Of a stretch of DNA of 64,000 bases, positions 1 through 12,375 are shown piece after piece. The stretch is from Lingula anatina (taxonomy: Eukaryota > Animalia > Brachiopoda), in the NCBI GenBank assembly GCA_051362555.1, contig CM120640.1, forward strand, positions 65,388,788 to 65,452,787, written 5' to 3'. Below the pieces are notes generated by a model. The model saw only the letters and a program-made list of their open reading frames with translations. It was not told where the DNA came from and did no database searches. Numbering within the stretch: position 1 is the stretch's first letter; every line of letters begins with the position of its first letter. The position numbers and the translations under genes were made by a program.

Positions 1-239
1 TAAACTAATTTAAAAGGATAGCAACCGACTGTTACAATTCGTCTGACATTCAAAATTCCACAACAAAAACATTGTTAACGACAATTTTTGTTGACACAAA
101 GAAACCACCAAAACGGAAACCTTTGCTTACCATAGACATAAATGTATCGGGCTAAAAGAATTATGGTAACGTTATAACATGGAAATATATATTTCCATGG
201 TTATAATAACAAGCACAACATTATCTGATGTTTAATATC

Positions 240-1645
240 AAAACGTTCTGTGTAAGCTGGGGTTAGATCTACATGTAGGCCTAGGCCTACGTAACGACGT
301 AACAGTATTGTTACTTTTTTTTAGAACCGTTTTTGAAACTTTTTTACATCGTTACTATAACGAAACCGTAACGCATTTGTTAATTATAAAAACATATGTT
401 AAGATACTTCATAGTATTTTACCGCTTCATGGGATAAGCATTCCTAATTCATGATAGAGAGCGACTTCACTTAGGGGAGACCGGGGCTTGTTGGCCCAGT
501 TAAACACCTTTGGTCTTGTACAATATAGAGCCAACTAGGAATGAGTTAGAGTAACAAAACCGGTTTCAAAGTAAGCCCCATGAACTAAGCTACGTATGCA
601 ACGTCATTATTTTTCAGATATAATGCCAGATGGCTCACAATTTGACAAAAAACGCAGTTGATGTCAGGGGGGCCCAACTTGCCCCTCCACCGGGCAAGTT
701 GGCCCCCTATACAAAAATGAAGTAAATATCCCATGTAAACGCATTGAATTACATTTTTATACATTTTTAATTTATTAAATTGATTTTTGAGAGTCTTTGA
801 TTAATAAATAGTTCAAATGAGGCAGATTTATTGAGGTTTCCGGACGTCACGTTGTAGGCGGGGGGGCTATGTGTTGCAAGAACCAAAATATCTATTAATA
901 AAATTTGTTTTGTTTTAATAAAGAATAAATTAATAATGGTATAAAGCAGGTTTGTAATGAATGAAAACGAATAATAAATATTCGTTTTAAAAGAAAGTAA
1001 CAAATTCCGTTTTAAACCATTGAGTTTGTTTCAACAATGGCCTCTAGCTCTGTTGCGCACAAAGGTCCAACTTGCCTCGAGTCAAGGGGGGCAACTAGCC
1101 CCGGGTGCACACTTTTTATTTTAAAAGATGGCAGCCATTTATGGTGCTAGAATGAGCAACGATGATACATCTCTGTGAAATTTGAAACAATGAGCTTCAG
1201 TTTGATGCCCTATACATTTATTATATTTGATCAAAAGCCTATGAAAATAGATTTTTAAACCTCTTAAACAAATTTACTTTTAGGTGCAAAAATCGTTTAT
1301 TTCGACTCACCGCTTAAGTAAAACTTTTTAACGTCCGACAGTTCCTTAGCATTGTAGGCTACGGTCACTTTACAAGAGTATGTGGCCCGTTTTTTTTACC
1401 TCGTAGTTACTTTTTCATAAATTGACGGGGGTCAACTTACCCCGGGGTCCAACTAGCCCTGGTCTCCCCTATAATGTTGTTCCAGAACGTTGTAAAAATG
1501 TTTTAAAAGATCCAAAAGATAACGGTATTATTCTGTGTTAGCTGGGGTTACGTAACTGTATTGTAACTTTTTATAGAATCGTTTTTGAAACTTTTGTACA
1601 TAGTTATTATACGTTTTTGTTACTTATAAAAAACGCATTCAAGAT
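240..1645. repeat. Older degenerate repeat (two related units) interrupted by the MITE
   Basis: TTCTGTGT(A/T)AGCTGGGGTTA followed by GTATTGT..ACTTTTT..AGAA.CGTTTTTGAAACTTTT occurs at ~246-345 and again at ~1531-1595. Confidence 0.5.
474..1469. mobile_element. Non-autonomous TIR DNA transposon (MITE) with TA target-site duplication, Tc1/mariner/pogo-like
   Basis: Left end GGGGAGACCGGGGCTTGTTGGCCC (474) matches the reverse complement of the right end (GGGGAGACCAGGGCTAGTTGGACC, ending 1469). TA flanks at 472-473 and 1470-1471. Internal copies of a GGGCAACTTGCCC-like motif at ~668-707, ~1065-1105 and ~1427-1460. No ORF. Confidence 0.8.
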
Positions 1646-2842
1646 TTCAGTAGTGAAATAAATGAGACCATAACCTATCACTGACGATGCATAATCGCAA
1701 GAACATGTCTTCCACTTCCTTGACAATCGTGATAGCGGTTGAGCGTCTCGTTGCGATTGGTGAGATTCACACCAAAAGCAATTATGGACCCGCGTTTCCT
1801 TTGTGAGAGATGACAGGATATTTCAGGGTGTTTGTGAATAAAAACACTGCTTCCCATCGAAAGTTTTCCATCAAAACTAATGTCGAATCCACACTGCCCT
1901 AATTTCAAACAATTTTATTTTTCCATGTTTAAAACACTGCCGCAAAGTCAAACACTTTTTAATTCTTTAAAAATTTCCTTCGTCACTGACAGTGTGAACG
2001 TGATCTACTCGTACAGTGTGGTTCGATGTATTTGTGTACAACAAATCAAATGTACTAAATTTTAAGTGTTTTAAAAATGGAACATTAAACCAAATAATAC
2101 CTCTCTGTCTTGAGAGTCACTTTTTAAACCTAATTTGTTCCGACTATCTAAAAGCGAATACGTGTGCTTACATGTACATGTATGTAGGTTAGTGTATCAT
2201 TTTGTCAATATTCGGTGGCTTTTACATGAATGTACATAAGTCACCATACTGATAATATATGTGGAAGGTCGTCATTATTATTTAAACGATAGTACGGAAG
2301 AAGAAAAATATATGTATAGTTTCATTAATTATATCTTGTGCTATTGGTGTCGGCTTAAACGGTCACGTGGGTTTTGGAATGATGTAGCGGTAATAGCCCT
2401 CAGTTGACTTTATTTGAAATGAGAAGAATAATTTTTATTTTTCGCACGTTGTTGTGATACTGGTTACATTCTTGATGTAGACATGCTTTAATCTCCAAGT
2501 AGTAAAGAGAGGGTTTCAAATTTTCCTCCGAGTTCTCAGCAAAATCTGAAAAAAAAAAATAGCCATGCCTGAAGTACAATGTATATTTCTTTTGATCTAT
2601 AAAAACAAATTAATGCCTACATTGATTCCCTCAGCCAAACAGTTTCCCGTTTTCAATCTGAATGAAATTTGGTTGTGCATTTAGTTTGGAGTTGGAGTTG
2701 TGAGTTGTATGCCTTGGGTGACGAGTCTGACAGAATGTAAAGTCACATGCACATTTGGGCCCCTAACGCAAGCTGTGTAGTTGCAAGTCAAATTTTGTAG
2801 GGGAGGAGGCTGGGAAGATCCGGGATGAGCGTTCCATGTTTA

Positions 2843-5800
2843 TTGTACCACCAGCGTTAGCGCTGGCGGTACACATGGTTTCGGTCTCGTCCGGATCGTT
2901 CCGCCGGCTCCGCCGGCTCCGCCGGACGGCTACCGTTACCGCTTCTCCTCCTAGACGGTAAGGCCCCCCATACCCATCTCATGGATTTAGGTCACCTATA
3001 ATCTCAACTCGTTCCACGTAAAATTTGGGCTTTGTCGGTATTGGGGTCTGGGTGTGGCACTCATTGCAATGCACCCTTGTCTAAAAATGGCAAAATTAAA
3101 TGCTAATTATCTACCCTACGGAAGGAGTTATGGGAAAAATTTCTATAGACGGCTTTCCAAAAGTCATATGTGTAGATTTCAAATATACCCTTGGATTTGA
3201 CCTTTGACCTTTACTTCAAGGTCAAATGGGCCAAAATTTTCAAAAAAATGAAATTTTTTACGAAAAAAAAATTTTTTGCCCTGTTATTCAGACACCACAC
3301 AGACTTAACCAATAATATTATTGGAAAGTGTTACCCTTCAGGTCATCTTTCATCTCCATGAATTTGGGGTCAATCGGTGCATTTTCACGGGAGTAGCGGC
3401 CATAAGATACCGAAACTGAAAACTGTCTCTAATTCGGGAACCGTTAATGCTAGAGACCCATTCTTTTTTGCATTTTGTAGAGCATGTAAAGCCCAACACT
3501 GAAGGTGGTCTCGGTTTTTTTGTATTCCATACGGTTTTCGAGTTACGCTGTATCAAAAAGTACATATTGGTGGTAAAAGCAAAATGTGCAGTACGGTAAT
3601 GGATAATAAATTTTGAACTCTGGAAAAATAAAACGTTAGGCTTGGCAAAGCAGACAACTTGTGTTCAAAAATGACATTATTTCATCAAATTTGAACTTCT
3701 GAAACTTCAGAGCACCTCCTATTTCAAGAATTTTGATCAAAATGACATTTTCTTTATTTTAATTAATTTTTTCTGTACGAAATTTAAGGCACATTATGGT
3801 AACTCCAAAATTATAACATTTAGTCCCTTATATCTCCAAAACTGGCAGAGATAGGTCTATAGTTACTATTGAAGTTGAATAGGAAGTCATATACTGGCAA
3901 TCTATATGTGACCTTAAAATTGACCTTTGACCTACTTTTCACCATGAACTGAACTTTGCAAATTTTTCTTCCCTTTTATCTCCAAAACTGGCAGAGATAG
4001 GTCTATAGTTACTATTGAACTTGAATAGGAAGTCATATACTGGCAATCTATATGTGACCTTAAAATTGACCTTTGACCTACTTTTCACCATGAACTGAAC
4101 TTTGCAAATTTTTCTTCCCTTTTATCTCCAAAACTGGCAGAGATAGGTCCATAGTTACTATTGAACTTGAATAGGAAGTCATATACTGGCAATCTATATG
4201 TGACCTTAAAATTGACCTTTGACCTACTTTTCACCATGAACTGAACTTTGCAAATTTTTCTTCCCTTTTATCTCCAAAACTGGCAGAGATAGGTCTATAG
4301 TTACTATTGAACTTGAATAGGAAGTCATATACTGGCAATCTAAATGTGACCTTAAAATTGACCTTTGACCTACTTTTCACCATGAACTGAACTTTGCAAA
4401 TTTTGCTTTCCTTTTATCTCCAAAACTGGCTGAGATAGGTCCGTAGTTACTATTGAACTTGAATAGGAAGTCATATACTGGCAATCTAAATGTGACCTTA
4501 AAATTGACCTTTGACCTACTTTTCACCATGAAGTGAACTTTGCAAATTTTGCTTCCGTTTTATCTCCAAAACTGGCAGAGATAGGTCCATAGTTACTATT
4601 GAACTTGAATAGGAAGTCATATACTGGCAATCTAAATGTGACCTTAAAATTGACCTTTGACCTACTTTTCACCATGAACTGAACTTTGCAAATTTTGCTT
4701 CCCTTTTATCTCCAAAACTGGCAGAGATAGGTCCATAGTTACTATTGAACTTGAATAGGAAGTCATATACTGGCAATATAAATGTGACCTTAAAATTGAC
4801 CTTTGACCTACTTTTCACCATGATCTGAACTTTGCATGTAAAGCCCAATACTGGAGGTGGTCTCGGTTTTTTTGTATTCCATACGGTTTTCGAGTTACGC
4901 TGTATCAAAAAGTACATATTGGTGGTAAAAGCAAAATGTGCAGTACGGTAATGGATAATAAATTTTGAACTCTGGAAAAATAAAACATAAGGCTTGGCAA
5001 AGCAGACAACTTGTGTTCAAAAATGACATTATTTCATCAAACTTGAACTTCTGAAACTTCAGAGCACCTCCTATTTCAAGAATTTTGACCAAAATGACAT
5101 TTTCTTTATTTTAATTAATTTTTTCTGTACGAAATTTAAGGCACATTATGGTAACTCCAAAATTATAACATTTAGTCCCTTATATCTCCAAAACTGGCAG
5201 AGATAGGTCCATAGTTACTATTGAACTTGAATAGGAAGTCATATACTGGCAATATAAATGTGACCTTAAAATTGACCTTTGACCTACTTTTCACCATGAA
5301 CTGAACTTTGCAAATTTTGCTTTCCTTTTATCTCCAAAACTGGCAGACATAGGTCCATAGTTACTATTGAACTTGAATAGGAAGTCATATACTGGCAATA
5401 TAAATGTGACCTTAAAATTGACCTTTGACCTACTTTTCACCATGAACTGAACATTGCAAATTTTGCTTCCCTTTTATCTCCAAAACTGGCAGAGATAGGT
5501 CCGTAGTTTCTATTGGACTTGAATAGGAAGTCATATACTGGCAATCTTACTGTGACCTTGAAATTGACCTTTGACCTACTTTTCACCATGAACTGACTTT
5601 TGCAAATTTTGGTTTCCTTTTATCTCCAAAACTGGCTGAGATAGGTCCGTAGTTACTATTGGACTTGAATAGGAAGTCATATACTGGCAATCTATATGTG
5701 ACCTTCAAATTGACCTTTGACCTACTTATAACTATGAACTGAACTCTGCTAATTTCTTTCTCTTTTAACTCCAAACCTGACAGAGATAGGTCCATAGTTA

Positions 5801-6084
5801 CTATTGAAGTTGAATAGAAAGTCATATACTGGCAATTTACTGCGACCTTGAAATTGACCTTTGACCTACCTTACGATGAACTTAACTTTGATTGTACCAT
5901 TTTAAGTTATATATATTTTTTGCGTATTTTGAAAATTCTTGTTGATTGCATTTTTATAGCTTGTCAAGCATAAGACTGGTGGCTGTGTCCCTTATTTTGT
6001 GTATGTGGGGGTCTATACGAATGCGCTTGCTCCAGCTGGTGGTACAATATTCGGAGGCGGTATCGCCTCTCTGATCCTCTAGTT
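2843..6084 (+). mobile_element. Non-autonomous Helentron (HINE/DINE-1-like) element, copy 1, with internal 146-bp satellite arrays
   Basis: 5' subterminal IR/palindrome GTACCACCAGCG..CGCTGGCGGTAC (2845), then (CCGGCTCCG)n microsatellite. 3' subterminal IR GCTGGTGGTAC, hairpin GAGGCGGTATCGCCTC and CTAGTT end. T-rich flanks. The same ends recur at ~37967-39902 and ~45330-46917. Confidence 0.85.
3830..5890 (+). repeat. 146-bp tandem repeat arrays (about 7 + 5 units) inside the HINE element
   Basis: TCCAAAACTGGC recurs at 3835, 3981, 4127, 4273, 4419, 4565 and 4711, then at 5187, 5333, 5479, 5625 and ~5771 (period 146). Each unit carries GTGACCTT.AAATTGACCTTTGACCT. Confidence 0.95.
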
Positions 6085-6342
6085 TTATCTTATTCTTGTT
6101 TGGGGAAAATTAAAACTGGATGATACTCGGACTATTTTTGGGTATCATCGGGTAATTCGGCCACTGTTTGGGCGTGGTGGCCGAATAGAATAAAAAGGAG
6201 AGCGATTTGGTACCGCAACACACTTACAATTCTGAGCATCAGAGGTTACAACATGTATCACTTATCATCCAGCAGCTGTTACTATCATCGTTATATACTG
6301 TATAGAATTCATCGCTAGAATAAAATAATTTCATAGTTAGAT

Positions 6343-6415
6343 TATGTTGCTGACAGACAGACAAACAAACAAACAAACAGAGTTGAAAACATAACCTCCT
6401 TGGCGGAGGTGAAAA
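6343..6415 (-). mobile_element. 5' fragment of a short HINE (pearl/DINE-1-like) family
   Basis: Minus strand reads TTTTCACCTCCGCCAAGGAGGTTATGTTTTC..(GTTT)n(GTCT)n. Same family as the full copy at 52264-52502. Confidence 0.65.
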
Positions 6416-8709
6416 CAACAATATTATTGGACTTTGCGTTACTCGTTCCACAATCATAGCACCGAGAAGAAGAAAAAACCGCGGTGATGGGTACAGCTGA
6501 AAAGTTGCACAGGACAATCCTACAAATCCAGGCCTTATAAACAGATGAGCCGTTGGCCAACTCGAGCGTCAGATTTGAGGGCACGAGTAACGACTCCAAC
6601 CACAATTTCATGGTAAAATAAGAGGTCACGAGCAGCGTGCTACAAACCACGAACTGTTTATGAGCTTATCTACCCGTTCGGTACGTTTTGTATATTGTTC
6701 GGTACGTTTTGTAAGATTGTCGAGAGCGTTTATTTCCCGCATATTTCCCGTATTAAAATACGATTATATCATACAAATGCATAAGTTTAGGGTTATAGAA
6801 ATGCATAAGTTTGATTTGTATTGAATATTTATTTTTTCTTTTATTTTTCTAAGCTTTGAGTGACCACGGCAAATAACATCATTGTACTCTTCAAATTCTA
6901 TCAATAAAGCTCTAGTCACTTTATTCGGTACATTGGGCCTTGAAGTAGACGTCAAGAATCCTTTCTCTTTCGTTAAAAAAGTAGAAAAAGGGGAACATGT
7001 CACTTTGAAATTTATTAGGTGCAACAGCTTCCCTTTTCAACAAACACCTCCCTGTATTGTCATGATCTTTATATCAGTAATATACATGCAGCTTTTTCTG
7101 TTTATGAAGACACAAAGATAGATCCGAAACTCAGAATATACAGCATATACAGAATATTAGAGAAATTTACCATATAACACAATACATAGATAGCTGTAAA
7201 AATTAACTATCTGCCGAAAATGCACACACATTTGGTTTTGCTAAAAATAACTTAGCGTGTGACCTAAAACAATGGCTCCTTGATCAACTGCATTTTAAGA
7301 GTTTGTACCACCAACTACACCTCAGTACATAAATTAATCTGCTTGTGATCACGTGCCTTTGGACTTTATATTAAAATGCTGGCAATACCAAACGGAAAAT
7401 GGATTGAAGACAACAAAAAACTTGTTTACATGTACATTCTCTTTCGGGGAGAAGTATAGAAAATGTGATCAAAATCTGTTTTACCGGAATATGTCCTGTT
7501 GATAATTCGCTCCCCCTCAATGTCACATAGGGTTCAAACGTTCCATCTTGTATTCTTTTTTATGTTTATTTTGCATGTATATTAAGATGGATCGAATACG
7601 GCTTGTTGGAATCACATTGTGCTAGTAAAATACAAGTTACGTATCATTTTTGCACTGATATTGTTTAAACACGGGGGCTCTGTAAGAAATATACGAATCT
7701 TTTTTAATAAAGTAAAATGGGGTATATACCATAGACTTAAGTATTTCTTGTTTGTTTAAGTTTAGCTTTAGAACCTAAGTAGCCTGTCCAATAATAACTG
7801 ACAACTTGATCATATGTCTCTCGAACGCGAAAAGAAAAGCAGTTGAGGTACACTATCATCTATTATCCTATATATGTAAATAGTAGTTAGAGAGCCTTTA
7901 AATGTAAAAACATTTATGTGCTCGATAAAATTATTATTATTAGTGTAGATGAAGAATGAATGGCGATGGGGCTTCAGTACATGCATTCCAAAACAAAGAA
8001 ACGCATTCCGACATTGCGAACAACAAACGCATTCCGACAGTTTATGGGAAATAAAAATTCTAATCGAGCAAAATCACAAGAAATCGGGAACAATAATGGG
8101 TAACAATGCCTAATGCTTGGTATTCCCCCAAGCCATTCCTAGCGGTTTCTTGGCATCGATTCTCATGACAAAGGAATTAGATATAAATATGTATTCGCGT
8201 CCAACGCTTGCCATTCTTCGCTTTGCATAGATTTCCTATTGGTATCATAAAATATTCCAGAATCATTGCTGCTCGAATATCATTGGTAGTTTCTAAGGAT
8301 CTGGTTTGCTGTCCATGACCTAGTTAAGCACTGAGTCAGTAACCATCTGCCAACGCCTGTACATTCCAACCGAACCCGCTACTGCAGGCAGACAATATAC
8401 GCTGGAGAGTATTACAGGGCAATTAACGCAAGCAGATATCCACATCGGTCACCCAAAGGCAAAGCTGAATTATGTTTCCAACATGGGCCGGACATGATTA
8501 GATGCTTGCTGGAGTGCGGAAGGGAAACGACTAGTATTACGTGCTAGAGGTTTATTAGGCCCCGCTTTGGCATGGTAGATATTAATGCGTATTCCTCACT
8601 CCAGTGCAACAGCATCACTGGGTCATGAGCGTTTACTATTAGGGTAGACGGTTGTTAATGTGGACATTAATACTAGAACTATACTTCTGCTGCCCTTGAA
8701 ATTGCAGTA

Positions 8710-10319
8710 ATGGCAGGGTTAGTGAACATGAAAACTTTGTACTTCGCTGCGGTGGTGTTGGCGCTGTATTTTTTCATCATGGATATCATTCTCTTGCATC
8801 ACATTCAAGCATGGAGTCCGGTGCCAGGACGCCAAGTCAAACCGCCAGCCATGTACGATCCCTTCAAGCCATTAAGTGTAAAGCATATTATGATCGACCA
8901 TATGACGAACTACGTGTACGGACCACTGTCGGAATATTTTAATTTTTTCTCAAACTTCAGTGACATTTTTCCTTGGATTACACCCAACATGATAAGTATT
9001 TGCCATATGATCACATCAGTTATTGCTGCCAAACTAATAGCAGACGATAATCTCAGTTGCCGTCAAATCGGAGCTCTTGTTTTTGAGTTTCGTACTTATT
9101 TAGATTCACTGGATGGTGTAGTGTACAGAGCACACGCGAAAAATAAGCAATATGCCTCCAACTGGGGCACTCTCGGGTATAATGTGGACATGTCGGCAGA
9201 TATCCTTGCCGGTGGAGTACTGTTCCTAGCTCTGACTTATCGACTCTGGCGCAATACACCAGAATCTAATTATAGTCAGATTGAATCGTCTGCCGCGGAG
9301 CAGGGACTAGCCACCAAGTCTTCTAATGGGGCCTCAGATCAAAAAATACCAAGAAAAACTTTATTGATTTATTTTGTGCTTTTTGGTCTCCGGTTGCTTC
9401 TTAGTGCTTACTTCTGGGATAATTACGTTCATAAATATCACAACCTTTTGGAAGGAAATGATGCTACTAAAAAAACTCAGGCAAGTATATTGATCAAATC
9501 AAGAATGTTCAGAATGCGTGGTCATTTCCACATCCCTACATGAAAAGTGTACGCTTTACCCCCCCCCCCCCCCCCCCCCAATACACATTCCCAAGGTAAG
9601 ATTGGCCCTCACCCCCTCCCTTTTTGTAATGTTTTTACCACCCTGTTTAATTTTTACATTTGCTATTTTCATATTATTTGCCTTTTCTATGCATCCTTCG
9701 TTTGGGCAACATATATTCCATATCGCCTAGCATCAGCGTCATCGAAATGAACCGAATAATGACTCACAATGCTGATGCTTAAACGCCCCTTGTCATCTGT
9801 TCATGGGACTATTAATGTTAAAGATATGCATAGAAAACAACCCTACTAACCAGCTGTGAGTTTAACCACGCTGGTATTATAAACGCATAGATGAAAAGAT
9901 ATAACTCTAGTTTAACCCACACCTGTAACGTCTGGGACGCATTGATTACCGAGGTGGCATTCATTCCATGACATAAAAATATATCAATTGCATAACAGTC
10001 CTCTTCCTGACTGAGGTATTAGAGCTCTTTGGCTCTATTCCCATAGATTTTAGATCGATCTATCCCCGCTCACTAGATAACTTTCAGATAATCCGACTTA
10101 AATGTCCGTCCCGTCTACTACAAGCTGTAAGGGGGTAATTAACTTTCGTGCCCGCCCGGCTGACAGCTATTTAGCGTGAACCCCCAGGGTGTTAGGTCGA
10201 TCTAAAGTAGGTCGATCTTATCTATGGAAATGGGGTGTTTGACTGAGTAATCGTATCTTGATAAAAAAAGCCACCAAACAGGATGTTGTTTTTTTCTTTT
10301 CTTTTCTTTCTTGTTCAAA

Positions 10320-10392
<73 letters not shown>

Positions 10393-12375
10393 GAGAAATT
10401 AATTACTGTATGTATTTTTTAGACAATTGTGAACAATTGATCATGATTTGTGTCTAATTGTCGTAGTCAAATTGAAATGAATTTTCGCACGCGTCAAAAG
10501 AACGCGGAAATCGTCATTTTGCACCACGAAAGAAACTGAATGAATGAATGAGTACAAAGAACCCCATTCCATCCAGTCTTATGTCACAGTAACAGATGAC
10601 AGTCCAGAAATACATACAGAAGGTTGGCACAGTTCGTTTTATTCTTTGTTTATCTTTCTTCGCTTCCAGGCGCTGCGTTCCGACTTGGCTCATTCTGCTC
10701 CCACGCTCATTATCTGGTGGATGTGGAGAATAGGAAATTCTGGCGCGTTCCTGGAATTTATCATTGCTTCTGTGGTCTTTGATAAAGTATGGGTAAGTCA
10801 ACTTGTACTAGGGTATAAAAACATTATTTATTTGTCCTTGAGTGTTTTGTGATGCATATTCACAACGAAACAAGCTTATTTAATTATTACTTTCAGGAAC
10901 TCTTGTCTTGCCCGAATTGAGGTCATTCCCATGAATATGGATGCATAAAATGATATACTGTACTAACAACATTTTTGCGGCTGCATTAAAACAAGGAGAC
11001 TGTTCCACATAGTACTGTGTCATGTCCTATTTGAATGTCCTTAAGCAGCTTGATACCGAAGAAGGAATATGTGTAAGTTTAAAACGAATTACTTTCAGGG
11101 CAAACATTTTTACATAAATCAGATTGAGACTTTACTGCACATCATCTTTCTTTTCAGGAATTTGTGCGTTTTACCCATTACGTAGGCTGGGTCTTTCTTA
11201 TCACGCTTGTAGTAGCATCACAGATCCATACTGTTGAGGTAAGAACAACACACAGTGTAGTTGGCTCCTATTCAGGCCTACCCAACTACCAGACTCGGCA
11301 CCGAATGATCCTGAATTCACCGGTAGATCAGACCAGACTACCCGTTTTCAAGGTGTGTGTCAGATCGCATTATGTTGACAGTATCATACCCTGAACAAAT
11401 TTTGAGTGGTGATGCAATGCTTTTCAACCCCGCTGAGAATGGTCACTATCACATCGCGTACTAGGCAAGAGCGGTGTCGCGTCTGATATTGTGTAATGCG
11501 ATGTGACACACACCTTGAAAACGGGTAGTGTGGTCTGATCTACCGGTGAATTAAGGATCATTCGGTTCCGAGTCTGGTAGTTGGGTAGGCCTGCTATTTC
11601 TTGGGTGCTTCAGGCCTCGTCTACCTCTCTTTAAATGCACGTTTTAAAACTGCTTTTTCTTTAGTTGTTTAAGGTAATGTCATTGGCTTCAGAAAATATT
11701 CAGTGTTTTTTAATCATTACATAAAGAATGTATATGCCTTTCAGACGTAGAAAAAATCGTAGAAAAATTCAAGGACCTAAATTCCCACGAACGTTTGCCT
11801 AAGTCTTTTTATTATCCTAACCGTCAATTACCGGTAACTCATAAAAATGTATTATGTGCGTGCAGTCACATTGCCTGATAGCCTGGCGCATTTTCGATAT
11901 GCATTTCATATGATCCTTAATTATGCTGCTGTTCTCTTTGTGGGGACTTGGACAATTATAGATATATATAATTTTATGGGGTTGGGGGTGGGGCAAAATG
12001 AGGCGAAAATAACAGTCGCTGTAATGCTTATACCTGTTGTGCAGATTTTTTTGTTACCAACATTCTTGATGTTACGTGTTAGTATCTGTTTGGTCAAATC
12101 CTATTTTAAAAAAGCATGTACCAACGGATAAGTTAATATGACATGTAGATATAACTAACTTACTAGATATATATTTATTGTTACCATCTCCAGAAGGGAG
12201 ACAGTACCCCCACAGGTGTAATATAACTAGCCCAATTCTTTCATGAAAGCAGCCTGCGTAAAGTGTACTTACAACAAGTACATTTACCAGAATAATCCTG
12301 CAAGGATAGTTTGATATTTCTTTTCTGTTTCAGATCGCGTCTGCAATCAGTGCCGTTGCATCAAAAGCCATGTGA
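8710..12375 (+). CDS. Cpes: Ceramide phosphoethanolamine synthase-like CDP-alcohol phosphotransferase (~338 aa, 4 coding exons)
   Basis: Exons 8710-9480 (GC donor CAG|GCAAGT), 10670-10792, 11158-11238 and 12334-12375 (TGA), all phase 0 and open. CDP-alcohol phosphotransferase motif DSLDGVVYR-x15-GYNVDMSAD, the ITPNMIS motif and several TM segments. DHMTNY and the overall layout resemble insect CPES. Confidence 0.8.
9975..10240. mobile_element. Degenerate small MITE-like inverted-repeat element
   Basis: CTATTCCCATAGATTTTAGATCGATCTA (~10034) is inverted relative to TAGGTCGATCTTATCTATGGAAATGGGG (~10208-10236). Similar ends at ~31045-31305. Confidence 0.4.
10324..10389. repeat. Compound (CT)n(AT)n microsatellite
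   Basis: Read directly from the sequence. Confidence 0.95.
11273..11593. mobile_element. Fold-back MITE with ~100-bp terminal inverted repeats, in Cpes intron 3
   Basis: CAGGCCTACCCAACTACCAGACTCGG...TTTTCAAGGTGTGTGTCA is mirrored near-perfectly at the right end (...CCGAGTCTGGTAGTTGGGTAGGCCTG). CTATT lies immediately outside both ends (11268-11272, 11594-11598). Confidence 0.85.

Noticed and set aside
3350-5825. Repeated minus-strand ORFs (MYFLIQRNSK.., ..[16 protein letters not shown]..), also at 38638-39085 and 45885-46142
   Set aside because: They are translations of the HINE and its 146-bp satellite, with no domain signature and frames broken between copies.
3830-5890. CRISPR-like regular array
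   Set aside because: Units are contiguous near-identical 146-mers without unique spacers, there are no cas genes, and the context is eukaryotic.
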